This document shows positions 1 to 8,872 of a stretch of 64,000 nucleotides of DNA, one piece after another (position 1 is the first letter of the stretch; every line of letters starts with the position of its first letter). The notes beneath the pieces were generated by a model, which worked only from the letters and a program-made list of their open reading frames with translations, made no database searches and had not been told where the DNA came from. Origin of the DNA: Candidatus Woesebacteria bacterium GW2011_GWB1_33_38 (GTDB lineage: Bacteria; Patescibacteriota; Microgenomatia; UBA8517). The translations under genes and the position numbers were made by a program. The stretch spans positions 33,615 to 97,614 of the forward strand of contig LBPF01000006.1 in assembly GCA_000990005.1 (NCBI GenBank). Reading direction: 5' to 3'.

Positions 1-695
1 CTTTTTCAAATTTAGAAAATCCAATTACTGAAAACTGTAAAAGACATGTAGGGGGTTTTACTTTTTGCACGACACCAGAAATTGCCAAGGGACTCAAATT
101 TGCAGGTATTGATGTTGTAACTCTTGCCAATAATCATTCAGAAAATTACGGAAAAGAAGGTTTGGAAGAAACAAAATCTCAACTAACTACATTAGGGATT
201 AAATCAGTTGGATATGGCAACCTAGAAAAATTTCAAAAAAATGAAATTAAATTTGGCTTTTTAGGATTTAACTACACTTTTAACACAACTAACTTAGGAA
301 ACGATCTGAAAGTTATAAAAGATTCAGATTCTAAAGTTGATATTTTAATTGTAGGTCCACATTGGGGAGATGAATACAAATCAATTGCTAATAATTTTCA
401 AGTAAAGGCGGCACACTCGATGATTGATTCTGGGGCAGATGTTGTTATTGGTCATCATCCTCATTGGGTGCAAAATTTTGAAGAAATAAACGGCAAACCT
501 GTTTATTATTCACTTGGGAATTTTATTTTTGATCAGATGTGGAGTGAGGAAACTAAAAAGGGCTTGATTGTTAAAATGACATTTGACACACCTGAAGGTG
601 AGGCTGATGTAAAATTAGTCAAAAGGGAAGAATTTAAAACCTATATCTCCAAAATCGGCCAGCCCGAAATTGTAGAACAAAATATATCAGACTAG
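1..695 (+). CDS. CapA/PgsA-family metallophosphatase (poly-gamma-glutamate synthesis CapA-like), 5' end outside window
   Basis: Frame is open from the window edge (…PITENCKRHVGGFTFCTTPEIAKGLKFAGIDVVTLANNHSENYGKEG…) into the listed ORF; HWGDEY and GHHPHW metallophosphatase motifs. Confidence 0.7.
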   Translation, partial: FSNLENPITENCKRHVGGFTFCTTPEIAKGLKFAGIDVVTLANNHSENYGKEGLEETKSQLTTLGIKSVGYGNLEKFQKNEIKFGFLGFNYTFNTTNLGNDLKVIKDSDSKVDILIVGPHWGDEYKSIANNFQVKAAHSMIDSGADVVIGHHPHWVQNFEEINGKPVYYSLGNFIFDQMWSEETKKGLIVKMTFDTPEGEADVKLVKREEFKTYISKIGQPEIVEQNISD

Positions 696-703
696 ATCGA
701 TTG

Positions 704-786
704 TGCCAAGGCTAGGATTCGAACCTAGGTATCCTTTCGGAGCGAGTTCTACAGACTCGTGTAATTGACCACTCTACCACCTTGGC
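704..786 (-). tRNA. tRNA-Tyr (anticodon GTA), type II with long variable arm
   Basis: The reverse complement folds as a cloverleaf: acceptor GCCAAGG/CCTTGGC, anticodon stem CGAGT/ACTCG with loop CTGTAGA, 14-nt variable arm, T-arm CTAGG-TTCGAAT-CCTAG, discriminator A; CCA is not encoded. Confidence 0.8.
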
Positions 787-807
787 TAACAAAATATTGT
801 ACGACTG

Positions 808-879
808 AGCCTGAGGCGAGAGTCGGACTCGCGACCTTAACTTTACAAAAGTTCTGCTCTACCACTGAGCTACCCAGGC
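808..879 (-). tRNA. tRNA-Thr (anticodon TGT)
   Basis: The reverse complement is GCCTGGG-TA-GCTCAGTGGTAGAGC-A-GAACT-TTTGTAA-AGTTA-AGGTC-GCGAG-TCCGACT-CTCGC-CTCAGGC-T. It has a classic D-arm and a 7-bp acceptor stem with one G-U pair; the anticodon stem has one mismatch. Confidence 0.7.
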
Positions 880-1077
880 TAATTTAACTCAAAGTGAATT
901 ATATCAAATTTTTTGTTAAAAATTGGTCCCGTCAGAAAAGAGCCTCGGTGAATTTCCTGAATTACTCCAGGTGGGTGAACTATCTAAAATCATTATAATC
1001 CTAGAAACTGTCCTCCCAATTCAACGATTTAGTCAGGAAAATCTGACCTCAACCCTAATCAAACAGGACCAAATATA

Positions 1078-1701
1078 TTATATCAAATTTGGAAGCAATA
1101 TTTTCAAGAACAAATTAATAGCAGGAGAAATAATGGAGGAAACAAGAGAGGATCCACCAAACGAAGGTAAAATTAAAAAAATCAAAATAATTGTCCCAAA
1201 TCTACTCAAAAAGGATTCGGCTTGGTATGCATACTGCTTTGGAAGAATACCTACTAATATTTTTCCTCCGTCTAAAGGATGAATTGGAATTAGGTTAAAA
1301 ATTGCCAAAGAAACATTTAAAATAACAAAAGGCACTGCAATTATTGCAAAAATTGGTACAAATCGAGCTGTAATTGCAAATATTAAGGCAAGAATTAAAT
1401 TTGAAGCAGGACCTGCAAAAGAAATTATGGCAGAATCACGTCGTGGATTTTTTAAATTATATTGATCAATTTCTACAGGTTTTGCCCAACCAAAAGGAAT
1501 AACTGGAGCTCCAAGAGACCTCATTATTGAAAGAACCAAAAGTAGTGTTGTGCCTATTGGGTCATAATGAACCAGGGGATTTAAAGAAAGTCTTCCCATA
1601 AGTCTTGCTGTTGGATCCCCAAGTCTATCTGCCATGTAGGCATGACTAGCTTCATGAATAGTGATTGCTACAACAAAAGCTAAAATCCAAATTAAAGTCA
1701 T
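1078..1701 (-). CDS. Peptidase M50 / site-2 protease-family membrane metalloprotease
   Basis: HEASH (HExxH) lies in the first transmembrane segment; a second conserved LDGG-type motif (HPLDGGKIL) is present; multi-pass hydrophobic profile. Confidence 0.7.
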   Translation of the reverse strand: MTLIWILAFVVAITIHEASHAYMADRLGDPTARLMGRLSLNPLVHYDPIGTTLLLVLSIMRSLGAPVIPFGWAKPVEIDQYNLKNPRRDSAIISFAGPASNLILALIFAITARFVPIFAIIAVPFVILNVSLAIFNLIPIHPLDGGKILVGILPKQYAYQAESFLSRFGTIILIFLILPSFGGSSLVSSIISPAINLFLKILLPNLI

Positions 1702-1749
1702 AATTGTAACTTTACCATTTTATTAGTATAATTAGTATAATTTGCCACT

Positions 1750-1947
1750 ATGAGTATGATGTGTGAGAAATGCAACAAGGTAAAAGTCTTTGGATCTAGC
1801 CAATCCCATGGACGTGGTGTTGCTGGAAAAAGATGGAACAAAAGAGCGCAAGAAACTAAAAGATTGTTTTCTCCTAATCTTCAAATGTATAAAAGCCAAA
1901 AACTTTGTACAAGTTGTCTTAAAAAATTGAAGGGTACGAAGAAATAA
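1750..1947 (+). CDS. rpmB: 50S ribosomal protein L28
   Basis: 65 aa with the C-x2-C…SH…G.KR.W.PNLQ pattern typical of bL28. Confidence 0.8.
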   Translation: MSMMCEKCNKVKVFGSSQSHGRGVAGKRWNKRAQETKRLFSPNLQMYKSQKLCTSCLKKLKGTKK

Positions 1948-1957
1948 GCAAAGCTTG

Positions 1958-2779
1958 TCACTTCGCGATAAATTGTTTAAAACTTACAGGGTTTTTTCCT
2001 TCAAGTTGAACTTTATCTAAAACTAATTCACTATTTTCTAGGTGGCATTTCAAAACTTTTAGTCGCTTTGCTTGCCCTGATGAGTCTTGACGAAGAAGAG
2101 TCCAAATTCCTGGCCAAGGGTAATATGCTCTTAATTTCGCTTCAATTTGTTTTGGATCATCTTTTTCTAAATCTACAAATCCATCTTGTTTTTTTATTAT
2201 TTTGCAATAAGTTGCTTGAGTTTCGTCCTGCGGTTTCAATTTTATTTTGCCTTTAGAATAATTAGGTATTAGATTAATTAGAAATTCAGAAGCTAGTTCA
2301 AACAATCGGACACTTAGGGTTTCGAAAGTGTCAGTAAGCAGAATATCCGTTTTAAATGAAGATAATACAGGTCCATGATCCATTTTTTCATCCATTTTAA
2401 TTATGGATACACCCGTTGTTTTATCAAGATTTGTGATTGCCGATTGAATAGGCGAGGCACCTCTGTATTTAGGTAAGATTGATGGGTGGATATTTAATAT
2501 TCCATGTTTAAAATGATCAAGTGTAGTTTGTGGAATAATCATGCCAAATGCAGCACAAACTCCCAAGTGCGCCTGTGGAAATTTCTGTATATCTAATTCA
2601 CTTAATATCTTTATATCTTTTTTGTATGCCCATTTATCAACGGCAGAATATTCGATAGTTTTTTCCCTGCCAACAGGTTTTGGAGATTGCGTCACCACCG
2701 CGACAATTTCATGGTATTTATTCAAAAGATCTAAAACTGGTAAAACATAATCTGGTGTACCAAAAAAAACAATTTTCAT
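1958..2779 (-). CDS. fmt: Methionyl-tRNA formyltransferase
   Basis: MKIVFFGTPDY N-terminus, formyltransferase fold, followed by the Fmt C-terminal domain; lies next to def. Confidence 0.85.
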   Translation of the reverse strand: MKIVFFGTPDYVLPVLDLLNKYHEIVAVVTQSPKPVGREKTIEYSAVDKWAYKKDIKILSELDIQKFPQAHLGVCAAFGMIIPQTTLDHFKHGILNIHPSILPKYRGASPIQSAITNLDKTTGVSIIKMDEKMDHGPVLSSFKTDILLTDTFETLSVRLFELASEFLINLIPNYSKGKIKLKPQDETQATYCKIIKKQDGFVDLEKDDPKQIEAKLRAYYPWPGIWTLLRQDSSGQAKRLKVLKCHLENSELVLDKVQLEGKNPVSFKQFIAK

Positions 2780-2783
2780 ATAA

Positions 2784-3317
2784 TCAAATTTCTATTTCTT
2801 CCCACTCATCATTTTTGTCTAATTTGTAAAGTTTTTTCTTTTGTTCAAGAAGTCTATCTACAAATAATTTTCCATTCAAATGATCAATTTCATGCAAGAT
2901 TATTTGAGCATTAAATCCATTAAATTCCTCAATGATCTCTTTTTGGTTTTCGTCCAAATATTTTAGTTTTACTGTATCCTCTCTTTTTAATGGTCCGTAA
3001 TAATGGGGTAGTGATAGACAGCCCTCTAGTATCTCAGATTTAGCCTTTTTGTTACGGGTTACGGGTAACGAGTTATTAATTTCTAAAATCTTGGGATTAA
3101 CAACAACTCTTTTTAAGTTTTTGAAGTTGGTTACAAAAGCTCGTAAATTTATGCCTATCTGGGGTGCAGCAAGACCAACTCCTTCAGGATCATTTTGAAT
3201 TGCTAGCGTGTCTTTCAAGTTTTGAATTAAAGCTATTATCTTTTTGTCAAATTTATCTACGGGTTTACTAATCTCTCTTAGTTTTTTCTCTCCTGACTGG
3301 ATAATTTTTTGTATCAT
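2784..3317 (-). CDS. def: Peptide deformylase
   Basis: GLAAPQIG, EGCLS and HEIDHLNG motifs. Confidence 0.9.
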   Translation of the reverse strand: MIQKIIQSGEKKLREISKPVDKFDKKIIALIQNLKDTLAIQNDPEGVGLAAPQIGINLRAFVTNFKNLKRVVVNPKILEINNSLPVTRNKKAKSEILEGCLSLPHYYGPLKREDTVKLKYLDENQKEIIEEFNGFNAQIILHEIDHLNGKLFVDRLLEQKKKLYKLDKNDEWEEIEI

Positions 3318-3326
3318 GTGAAGCTA

Positions 3327-3533
3327 TTATATATCAATTTTGGCATCTTTGAGAATTGACATTGTAATACCACGACCCAAATCACTTCCTTTATGAACAG
3401 GGACACTCACAATAACTTTTTTGACTGAATGGTAAAAAATATTATGACTTCCTTCAGTTCTTGATAATCTGAATCCATCCTTCTTCAAAATTTTAATTAA
3501 CTTTCTCGCATTAAAAACTGCCATTTTAGGCAT
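3327..3533 (-). CDS. hicA: HicA-like mRNA interferase toxin
   Basis: 68 aa, KK…GF……GSH…H pattern of the HicA/YcfA family; overlaps the upstream hicB-like gene. Confidence 0.65.
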   Translation of the reverse strand: MPKMAVFNARKLIKILKKDGFRLSRTEGSHNIFYHSVKKVIVSVPVHKGSDLGRGITMSILKDAKIDI

Positions 3534-3792
3534 AAGAAAAACTTTGATTTTTAGTGAAAATTTTACTCAGATCAAATGTTTCCACACTTTCTAAACCTTC
3601 ATCTTTAGTTATTGTTTGATTTTCACTTTGTAAAACTTTTAAATACCCAGTAATTGCTTCTCTGATGTTGCTTTTAGCTTCTTCAATTGTTTTACCTTGC
3701 GAATGGCAACCAACAAGAGAAGGTACGTATGCATGATAATATTTCCCATCCCTTTTTATAATAATTCTATATGTAAGAATATTTGTGTCCAT
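3526..3792 (-). CDS. hicB: HicB-like antitoxin (UPF0150)
   Basis: 88 aa; YHAYVPSLVGCHSQGKTIEEA matches the HicB N-terminal RNase-H-like fold; its stop overlaps the hicA start by 8 nt. Confidence 0.65.
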   Translation of the reverse strand: MDTNILTYRIIIKRDGKYYHAYVPSLVGCHSQGKTIEEAKSNIREAITGYLKVLQSENQTITKDEGLESVETFDLSKIFTKNQSFSYA

Positions 3793-3814
3793 GTTTGAAT
3801 TATATCATATCAAA

Positions 3815-5590
3815 TTATTGAATCTCACCCAAATACTTTTTTGTTAATTCGTCTTTAGGGTCTATTTTTTCTAAGATATATTTTAACTCATTTTCAGCCT
3901 TTTCAAACTCATGAAGATCAATAAAGGTAAGTCCTAATGCAAACCTTGCATCTTTGTAATTTGGTTTTAATTCTACTGATTTTGTAAAATAAACGGCTGC
4001 GTTGTTTAAATCATTTATTTTTAAGTAATAAATACCAATTTGATAATAATTCTTTGGATCATTGGGGACATTTTTGCTGGCATCTTTTAAAGTGTCAATA
4101 GCTTCTTGATATTTAGCGTTTCTAGAGTAAATACTTGATAGTGATCTTCTGAGGTTTATATTATAGGAAGAAAGTGAGACTGCCTTTTTAGCTAAATCGA
4201 TATTCCCTTGAGATACCGCAAGTTCATTGATATATAGGGCTTCGTTAGGAGAATACTTTAAAGATTTCAAAATTTCTTGTTTAGCCATTGGTAAATTTCC
4301 TGATTTATTAAAGAGTTTGGCTTTATTGTAGTGAATGTCAGCCAGCCAATATCTAGAGATCATAAGTAATAAGTAATAAGTAATAAATATAACTCCAACA
4401 ATAAAAACCCATTGCATTATGTTTGATTGCTTCAGTTTTTGCCATTCTACATCCTGCTTACTACTTACTACTGCCATAGCTGGGAACAAAAAGAACAAAA
4501 GTGAAACTGGAACAACTGAAAAGCCAAAGAAATTTGTTATTAATATTCCAACATATCCTGTTAAAAATTCATATCTTTTGGATTTTAGTAAAACGTAAAG
4601 AGTAAAAGTAATAATTACTAAGTAACTTAAAAATCCTAATATTCCAGTATTTGCCAAATAATTTAAAAATTCATTGTGTGCCTTGTTATATATAAAGTCC
4701 CACTCAGAAGTTAAGTTGTGTTCCATGGGTTTATAGACTGGAAAGGAAAATGCAAAAGTTTCAGGACCAGTTCCTAGAATTGGATGAGATCTAAAAACAT
4801 TGAAGGCACCCAGCCAAACATACTTTCGAATGGTTCCTGACTCTGTACCACCAACCTCAAGGGCTGGACCGCTTGAAACAGTAATCAGTGAACGGTAATC
4901 AGTGAACGGTGAAGAAAAAATAAAAAATAAAATTAAGAAAGAAAAATTAAGAATTAAGAATCCTTTTACAAACTTAAATTTATTTTTATAAAATATAAAT
5001 CCCCAGAAAATTATAAATTCAATACCAAAAGACAAAAGACCAGATCTTGATCCTGTAAATAATAATGTAACAAAAAATAAAATAGAAAACAGGCTATAGG
5101 CTATATGTTTCATGCTATATGCCCAAGTAATTGGAATTAATGCAACCAATATTGCAGCAAGCCAATTGGGTTGCCCAAGGGTTGAAAAAACTCTGGTTTG
5201 TACATCTTGTACCCAACAAGATTCTGTCCATCCCAAATTCATTAATCCGCAAGTTATAAACAGGCCAAAATGTTCGAGGATCGCAAGTATGCTTGCTATA
5301 AAAGTAGAAAGTAGTACGTAGTATGTAGTATGTAAAGCTTGCCTTTTGCTTAAATTGCTGACGAAGGCCCAATATAATAGGACGTAGCAGATTTGAGAAA
5401 TTAGGCCTCCATTAAAGCGTGAATAGTAGCCTAAAATTGAAGTTCGTGGGTCAATGGAAAAAAGTGTACTAAGTAAAAAGAAAAAAAGATATAAAGTGAG
5501 TGGAATATCTAGTATTGTGCGACGAAAGATAAGTTTCTTTTGGAGTATTGATTGATAGGACCAAGTAGTTACAATTAATGTGGTCATCAT
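3815..5590 (-). CDS. Polytopic membrane protein with O-antigen-ligase (Wzy_C)-like core and C-terminal TPR repeats
   Basis: Many transmembrane segments; a TPR-like C-terminus (YYQIGIYYLKINDLNNAAVYFTKSVELKPNY). The start is ambiguous: the longest ORF runs to 5782 (GTG) but would overlap divergent mreB by more than 90 nt; Met codons at 5590/5587 avoid the overlap. Confidence 0.55.
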   Translation of the reverse strand: MMTTLIVTTWSYQSILQKKLIFRRTILDIPLTLYLFFFLLSTLFSIDPRTSILGYYSRFNGGLISQICYVLLYWAFVSNLSKRQALHTTYYVLLSTFIASILAILEHFGLFITCGLMNLGWTESCWVQDVQTRVFSTLGQPNWLAAILVALIPITWAYSMKHIAYSLFSILFFVTLLFTGSRSGLLSFGIEFIIFWGFIFYKNKFKFVKGFLILNFSFLILFFIFSSPFTDYRSLITVSSGPALEVGGTESGTIRKYVWLGAFNVFRSHPILGTGPETFAFSFPVYKPMEHNLTSEWDFIYNKAHNEFLNYLANTGILGFLSYLVIITFTLYVLLKSKRYEFLTGYVGILITNFFGFSVVPVSLLFFLFPAMAVVSSKQDVEWQKLKQSNIMQWVFIVGVIFITYYLLLMISRYWLADIHYNKAKLFNKSGNLPMAKQEILKSLKYSPNEALYINELAVSQGNIDLAKKAVSLSSYNINLRRSLSSIYSRNAKYQEAIDTLKDASKNVPNDPKNYYQIGIYYLKINDLNNAAVYFTKSVELKPNYKDARFALGLTFIDLHEFEKAENELKYILEKIDPKDELTKKYLGEIQ

Positions 5591-5690
5591 GTAAAGGAAA
5601 ACTATTTTGTTAAATTCAAAAAGTTCTGATGTTGTTTTAAAGAAAAGAAGTGGAATAAAGGCGAATAATATGTTAAAAAGTACAGGAATC

Positions 5691-6761
5691 ATGTCTATTT
5701 TTAAAAGTATACCAAATCCAGTAAATTTAATCCTAGGGTTTTTCTCAACTGACTTAGGAATTGATCTAGGAACAGCAAACACACTTGTTTATATTAAAGG
5801 TAAAGGTGTTTCTGTTCGTGAACCATCAGTGGTTGCCAGAAACAAAAAGACCAAGGAGATTTTGGCAATTGGATCAAGTGCTAAAAAGATGTTAGGTCGA
5901 GCTCCAATTTCTATTGAAGTAATCAGGCCTTTGAAAGATGGAGTTGTTGCTGACTTTGATGCAACCGCCTCAATTCTTCTTCATTATATTAAAAAAGTTC
6001 ATGAAACTGGAGGAAACATACCTAAAATTCCTAGGCCTCATGTTATAGTTGGAATTCCGTCGGGAGTTACAGACGTTGAACGAAGAGCTGTTGCTGACGC
6101 TTGTATGGATGCAGGATGCAGGCGAGTTGATTTAGTTGAAGAACCAATGGCTGCTGCAATTGGAGCCAATTTAGAGGTTAATTCTCCTGAGGGTAATTTC
6201 ATAGTGGATATTGGTGGTGGAACCTCTGAAATTGCTGTTATCTCTTTGGGTGGGACAGTAATTGGAAAATCTTTACGTGTTGCGGGGGATGAAATGGATG
6301 AGGCCATTATTAACTACGTTAAACTTAAATATTCACTTCTGTTGGGTCAACCATCTGCAGAAGCGGTGAAAATTGCAATTGGTTCGGCAATAAGTTTAGA
6401 GAAGGAAAAATCTCATGTTATAAGAGGAAGAGATTTGGAAAACGGGCTTCCTAGGTCAATAAAAATAACAGACAGTGAGATTAGAGAAGCATTAGGGCCT
6501 ATTATTCACGAAGTAATCACAGCTATATCAGATGTGTTAGAAGAAACTCCACCTGAACTTGTGAGTGACATAATGGAAAGAGGGATTTATTTAGCAGGTG
6601 GTGGCGCAATGATTCATGGAATTGATAAAGCAATTTCTGATGCAACCAAAATGCCAGTATATATTGCAGAAGATCCTCTAACCTGTGTAGTTCGAGGTTG
6701 TGGAATGCTTTTGGAAAACCCAACACTTCTTAATAGAATTAGAATTACAAAAGGACTATAA
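5691..6761 (+). CDS. mreB: Rod shape-determining protein MreB
   Basis: The listed ORF starts at 5607; the start is taken at M29 (ATG 5691, AGGA 3 nt upstream) to avoid overlap with the divergent membrane-protein gene; the sequence from DLGIDLGTANT onward matches MreB. Confidence 0.85.
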   Translation: MSIFKSIPNPVNLILGFFSTDLGIDLGTANTLVYIKGKGVSVREPSVVARNKKTKEILAIGSSAKKMLGRAPISIEVIRPLKDGVVADFDATASILLHYIKKVHETGGNIPKIPRPHVIVGIPSGVTDVERRAVADACMDAGCRRVDLVEEPMAAAIGANLEVNSPEGNFIVDIGGGTSEIAVISLGGTVIGKSLRVAGDEMDEAIINYVKLKYSLLLGQPSAEAVKIAIGSAISLEKEKSHVIRGRDLENGLPRSIKITDSEIREALGPIIHEVITAISDVLEETPPELVSDIMERGIYLAGGGAMIHGIDKAISDATKMPVYIAEDPLTCVVRGCGMLLENPTLLNRIRITKGL

Positions 6762-6780
6762 CAAGTAGTATTATAGATTC

Positions 6781-8271
6781 ATGCAGACATATGCTTCAAC
6801 TAAGCAAAATCAATCTTGGTTTTCGTGGTTTTTACGAGGCGTTTTAATTTTGGGGTTTTTAATTTTAGTAGGCAGGCTTGTTGAACTTCAAATAATAAAG
6901 GGTAATTTTTATAGAAACTTATCTGAAGGAAATAGAATTGAAAGAATTAAAATACCAGCTCAAAGGGGAAAGATTTTGGCTCGTGGTGGGGAAGTTTTGA
7001 CAGGATCTGATTTTTCTCATATCACGGGTTATTTAGCAGAAACTAATGAAAACGAAGTGGGTAAAATTGATCCTAATTGTATAGAAAAAGGCCCTTTTAA
7101 ATTAGGTCAGATTGTTGGTCGAGGAGGATTACAAGAAAGATATAATTGTATTTTGTCTGGCATAGATGGAGAAGAACTAATTGAAGTTAATAGTCTGGGA
7201 GAAAAAATAAGAGAGATTGGTATTAAAAAGCCCGTCACAGGAAGCGACGTAAAAACTAATATTGATTACAATTTACAAAAAACTATTGCAAAAGAAATGG
7301 AAGGAAAACTTGGATCAGTTGTGGCAACAGACAAAAAAGGGCATGTTTTGTCTTTATTTTCATCTCCAACTTTTGATCCAAATGACATACAAAAGGCACT
7401 TACCGATTCACAATTACCGCTTTTTAATAGAGCAATTGGAGGCTTGTATCACCCTGGTTCTATCTTTAAGCCTTTAGTTGCAATTGTAGCCCTTGAAGAT
7501 AAAAAGATAGATGCCGATTTTAGGTTTAACGACACAGGGGTAGTAACAGTTGAATCAATTTATGGAAACTATTCATATACTAATTGGTACTATACCCAGT
7601 ATGGTGGAATGGAGGGGGAAGTTGATGTAACCCGTGCTCTTGCCAGATCAACTGACACTTTTTTTTATACGATCGGAGAGCGTGTGGGCATTAATTTACT
7701 TGTTGATTGGATGAAAAAATTTGGGTTAACAAAATTAACGGATATTGATTTAAATGGCGAAGTTTTATCTTTAATCCCTTCACCAGACTGGAAAGAAAAA
7801 GTAAAAAAAGAAAAATGGTTTTTGGGAAATACATATCACTTTTCAATTGGTCAGGGGGATTTGGCTACGACTCCAGTTGGAATCCATAGAGCAGATTTGA
7901 CTGTTTTAAATGGCGGTAAACTTTGTAATTTGAAAATTGTTGGAGATACGACTTGCATAAATTTAACGACGAAGTCGGTTACTTTAATTAAAAATTTAAA
8001 ATTGGTAGAAGAAGGAATGAAAATGGTGTGTCAGACTGGGGGTACTGGTTATACTTTTTTTGACTGGGAAACCAAACATAATGGTCAAAATGTACTTTGT
8101 AAAACAGGTACTGCAGAAACAAATGAGGATAATAAAACTCATGCTTGGTTTATTGCATCCTTAGATGATTTAGTCTTAACTGTAATGGTGGAGAAATCGG
8201 GAGAAGGTAGTAAAGTTGCTGGACCTATCGCTAGAAGTATTTTTGATGATTATTTTAAGGTCCGACCTTGA
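6781..8271 (+). CDS. mrdA: Penicillin-binding protein 2 (class B transpeptidase)
   Basis: N-terminal transmembrane segment, SIFK (SxxK), SxN-like and KTGTAE (KTG) motifs. Confidence 0.8.
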   Translation: MQTYASTKQNQSWFSWFLRGVLILGFLILVGRLVELQIIKGNFYRNLSEGNRIERIKIPAQRGKILARGGEVLTGSDFSHITGYLAETNENEVGKIDPNCIEKGPFKLGQIVGRGGLQERYNCILSGIDGEELIEVNSLGEKIREIGIKKPVTGSDVKTNIDYNLQKTIAKEMEGKLGSVVATDKKGHVLSLFSSPTFDPNDIQKALTDSQLPLFNRAIGGLYHPGSIFKPLVAIVALEDKKIDADFRFNDTGVVTVESIYGNYSYTNWYYTQYGGMEGEVDVTRALARSTDTFFYTIGERVGINLLVDWMKKFGLTKLTDIDLNGEVLSLIPSPDWKEKVKKEKWFLGNTYHFSIGQGDLATTPVGIHRADLTVLNGGKLCNLKIVGDTTCINLTTKSVTLIKNLKLVEEGMKMVCQTGGTGYTFFDWETKHNGQNVLCKTGTAETNEDNKTHAWFIASLDDLVLTVMVEKSGEGSKVAGPIARSIFDDYFKVRP

Positions 8272-8300
8272 AAGTTAAATCAGTATAAAGGTCGGACCTT
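8257..8300. repeat. Paired 13-bp palindromes AAGGTCCGACCTT…(17 nt)…AAGGTCGGACCTT, copy 1 of 3
   Basis: Seen directly; the first arm overlaps the mrdA stop codon (…aag gtc cga cct TGA); the element ends 11 nt before the dprA ATG. Confidence 0.8.
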
Positions 8301-8311
8301 GTTAGAAAAAT

Positions 8312-8872
8312 ATGAATTTGTATATTTTGGGGAAATTAAAAAAAGAAGATAAGAGGGCGGTGGCAATTGTGGGAACTAGACTACCTACTGAAAGAGGAAA
8401 AAAATTAACAGAAGAATTTGTTAAAGAACTTGTTAAAAACGAAATAACAATTGTTTCAGGGTTGGCGCGCGGAATTGACACAATTGCGCATCTTGCAGCA
8501 CTAAATTGTGGAGGCAGAACAATTGCAGTAATCGGCTCAGGTCTTAATGTTATTTATCCTCCTGAGAATAAAAAGCTGGCAGAGGAAATTTCAAAAAATG
8601 GAGCTTTGGTATCAGGTTTTCCATATGGCACAAAACCTGAGGGTAAAAACTTTCTGGCCAGAAATCAGTTGATTGTAAAATTATCAAAAGCAGTTTTAGT
8701 TATTGAAGGTAAAGCACGATCTGGTACAATCTCCACCGCTAATCATGCAGCTAACGATGGAGTAGAGGTCTTTGCAATCCCAGGCTCTGAAGCAACTGAT
8801 TATTTAATTGAAAATGGAGCAACACCTGTACAAAAGGCATTCGAGATAGTAGATTATTTAGATACATTATGA
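8312..8872 (+). CDS. dprA: DNA-processing protein DprA (Rossmann-fold core only)
   Basis: GLARGIDTIAH…AVIGSGLNVIYPPEN…FLARNQLIV…SGTISTANHAANDGVEVFAIPGS. Confidence 0.8.
   Translation: MNLYILGKLKKEDKRAVAIVGTRLPTERGKKLTEEFVKELVKNEITIVSGLARGIDTIAHLAALNCGGRTIAVIGSGLNVIYPPENKKLAEEISKNGALVSGFPYGTKPEGKNFLARNQLIVKLSKAVLVIEGKARSGTISTANHAANDGVEVFAIPGSEATDYLIENGATPVQKAFEIVDYLDTL

Noticed and set aside
923-1282. Listed 119-aa ORF on the plus strand
   Set aside because: It lies in the tRNA-flanking non-coding region and overlaps the 3' end of the M50 protease gene on the opposite strand. It has low-complexity composition with no ribosome-binding site.
5607-5782. mreB starting at 5607 and the membrane-protein gene starting at GTG 5782
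   Set aside because: They would overlap by 176 nt on opposite strands. Internal ATG starts (5691 for mreB, matching the canonical MreB N-terminus; 5590 for the membrane protein) remove the overlap.
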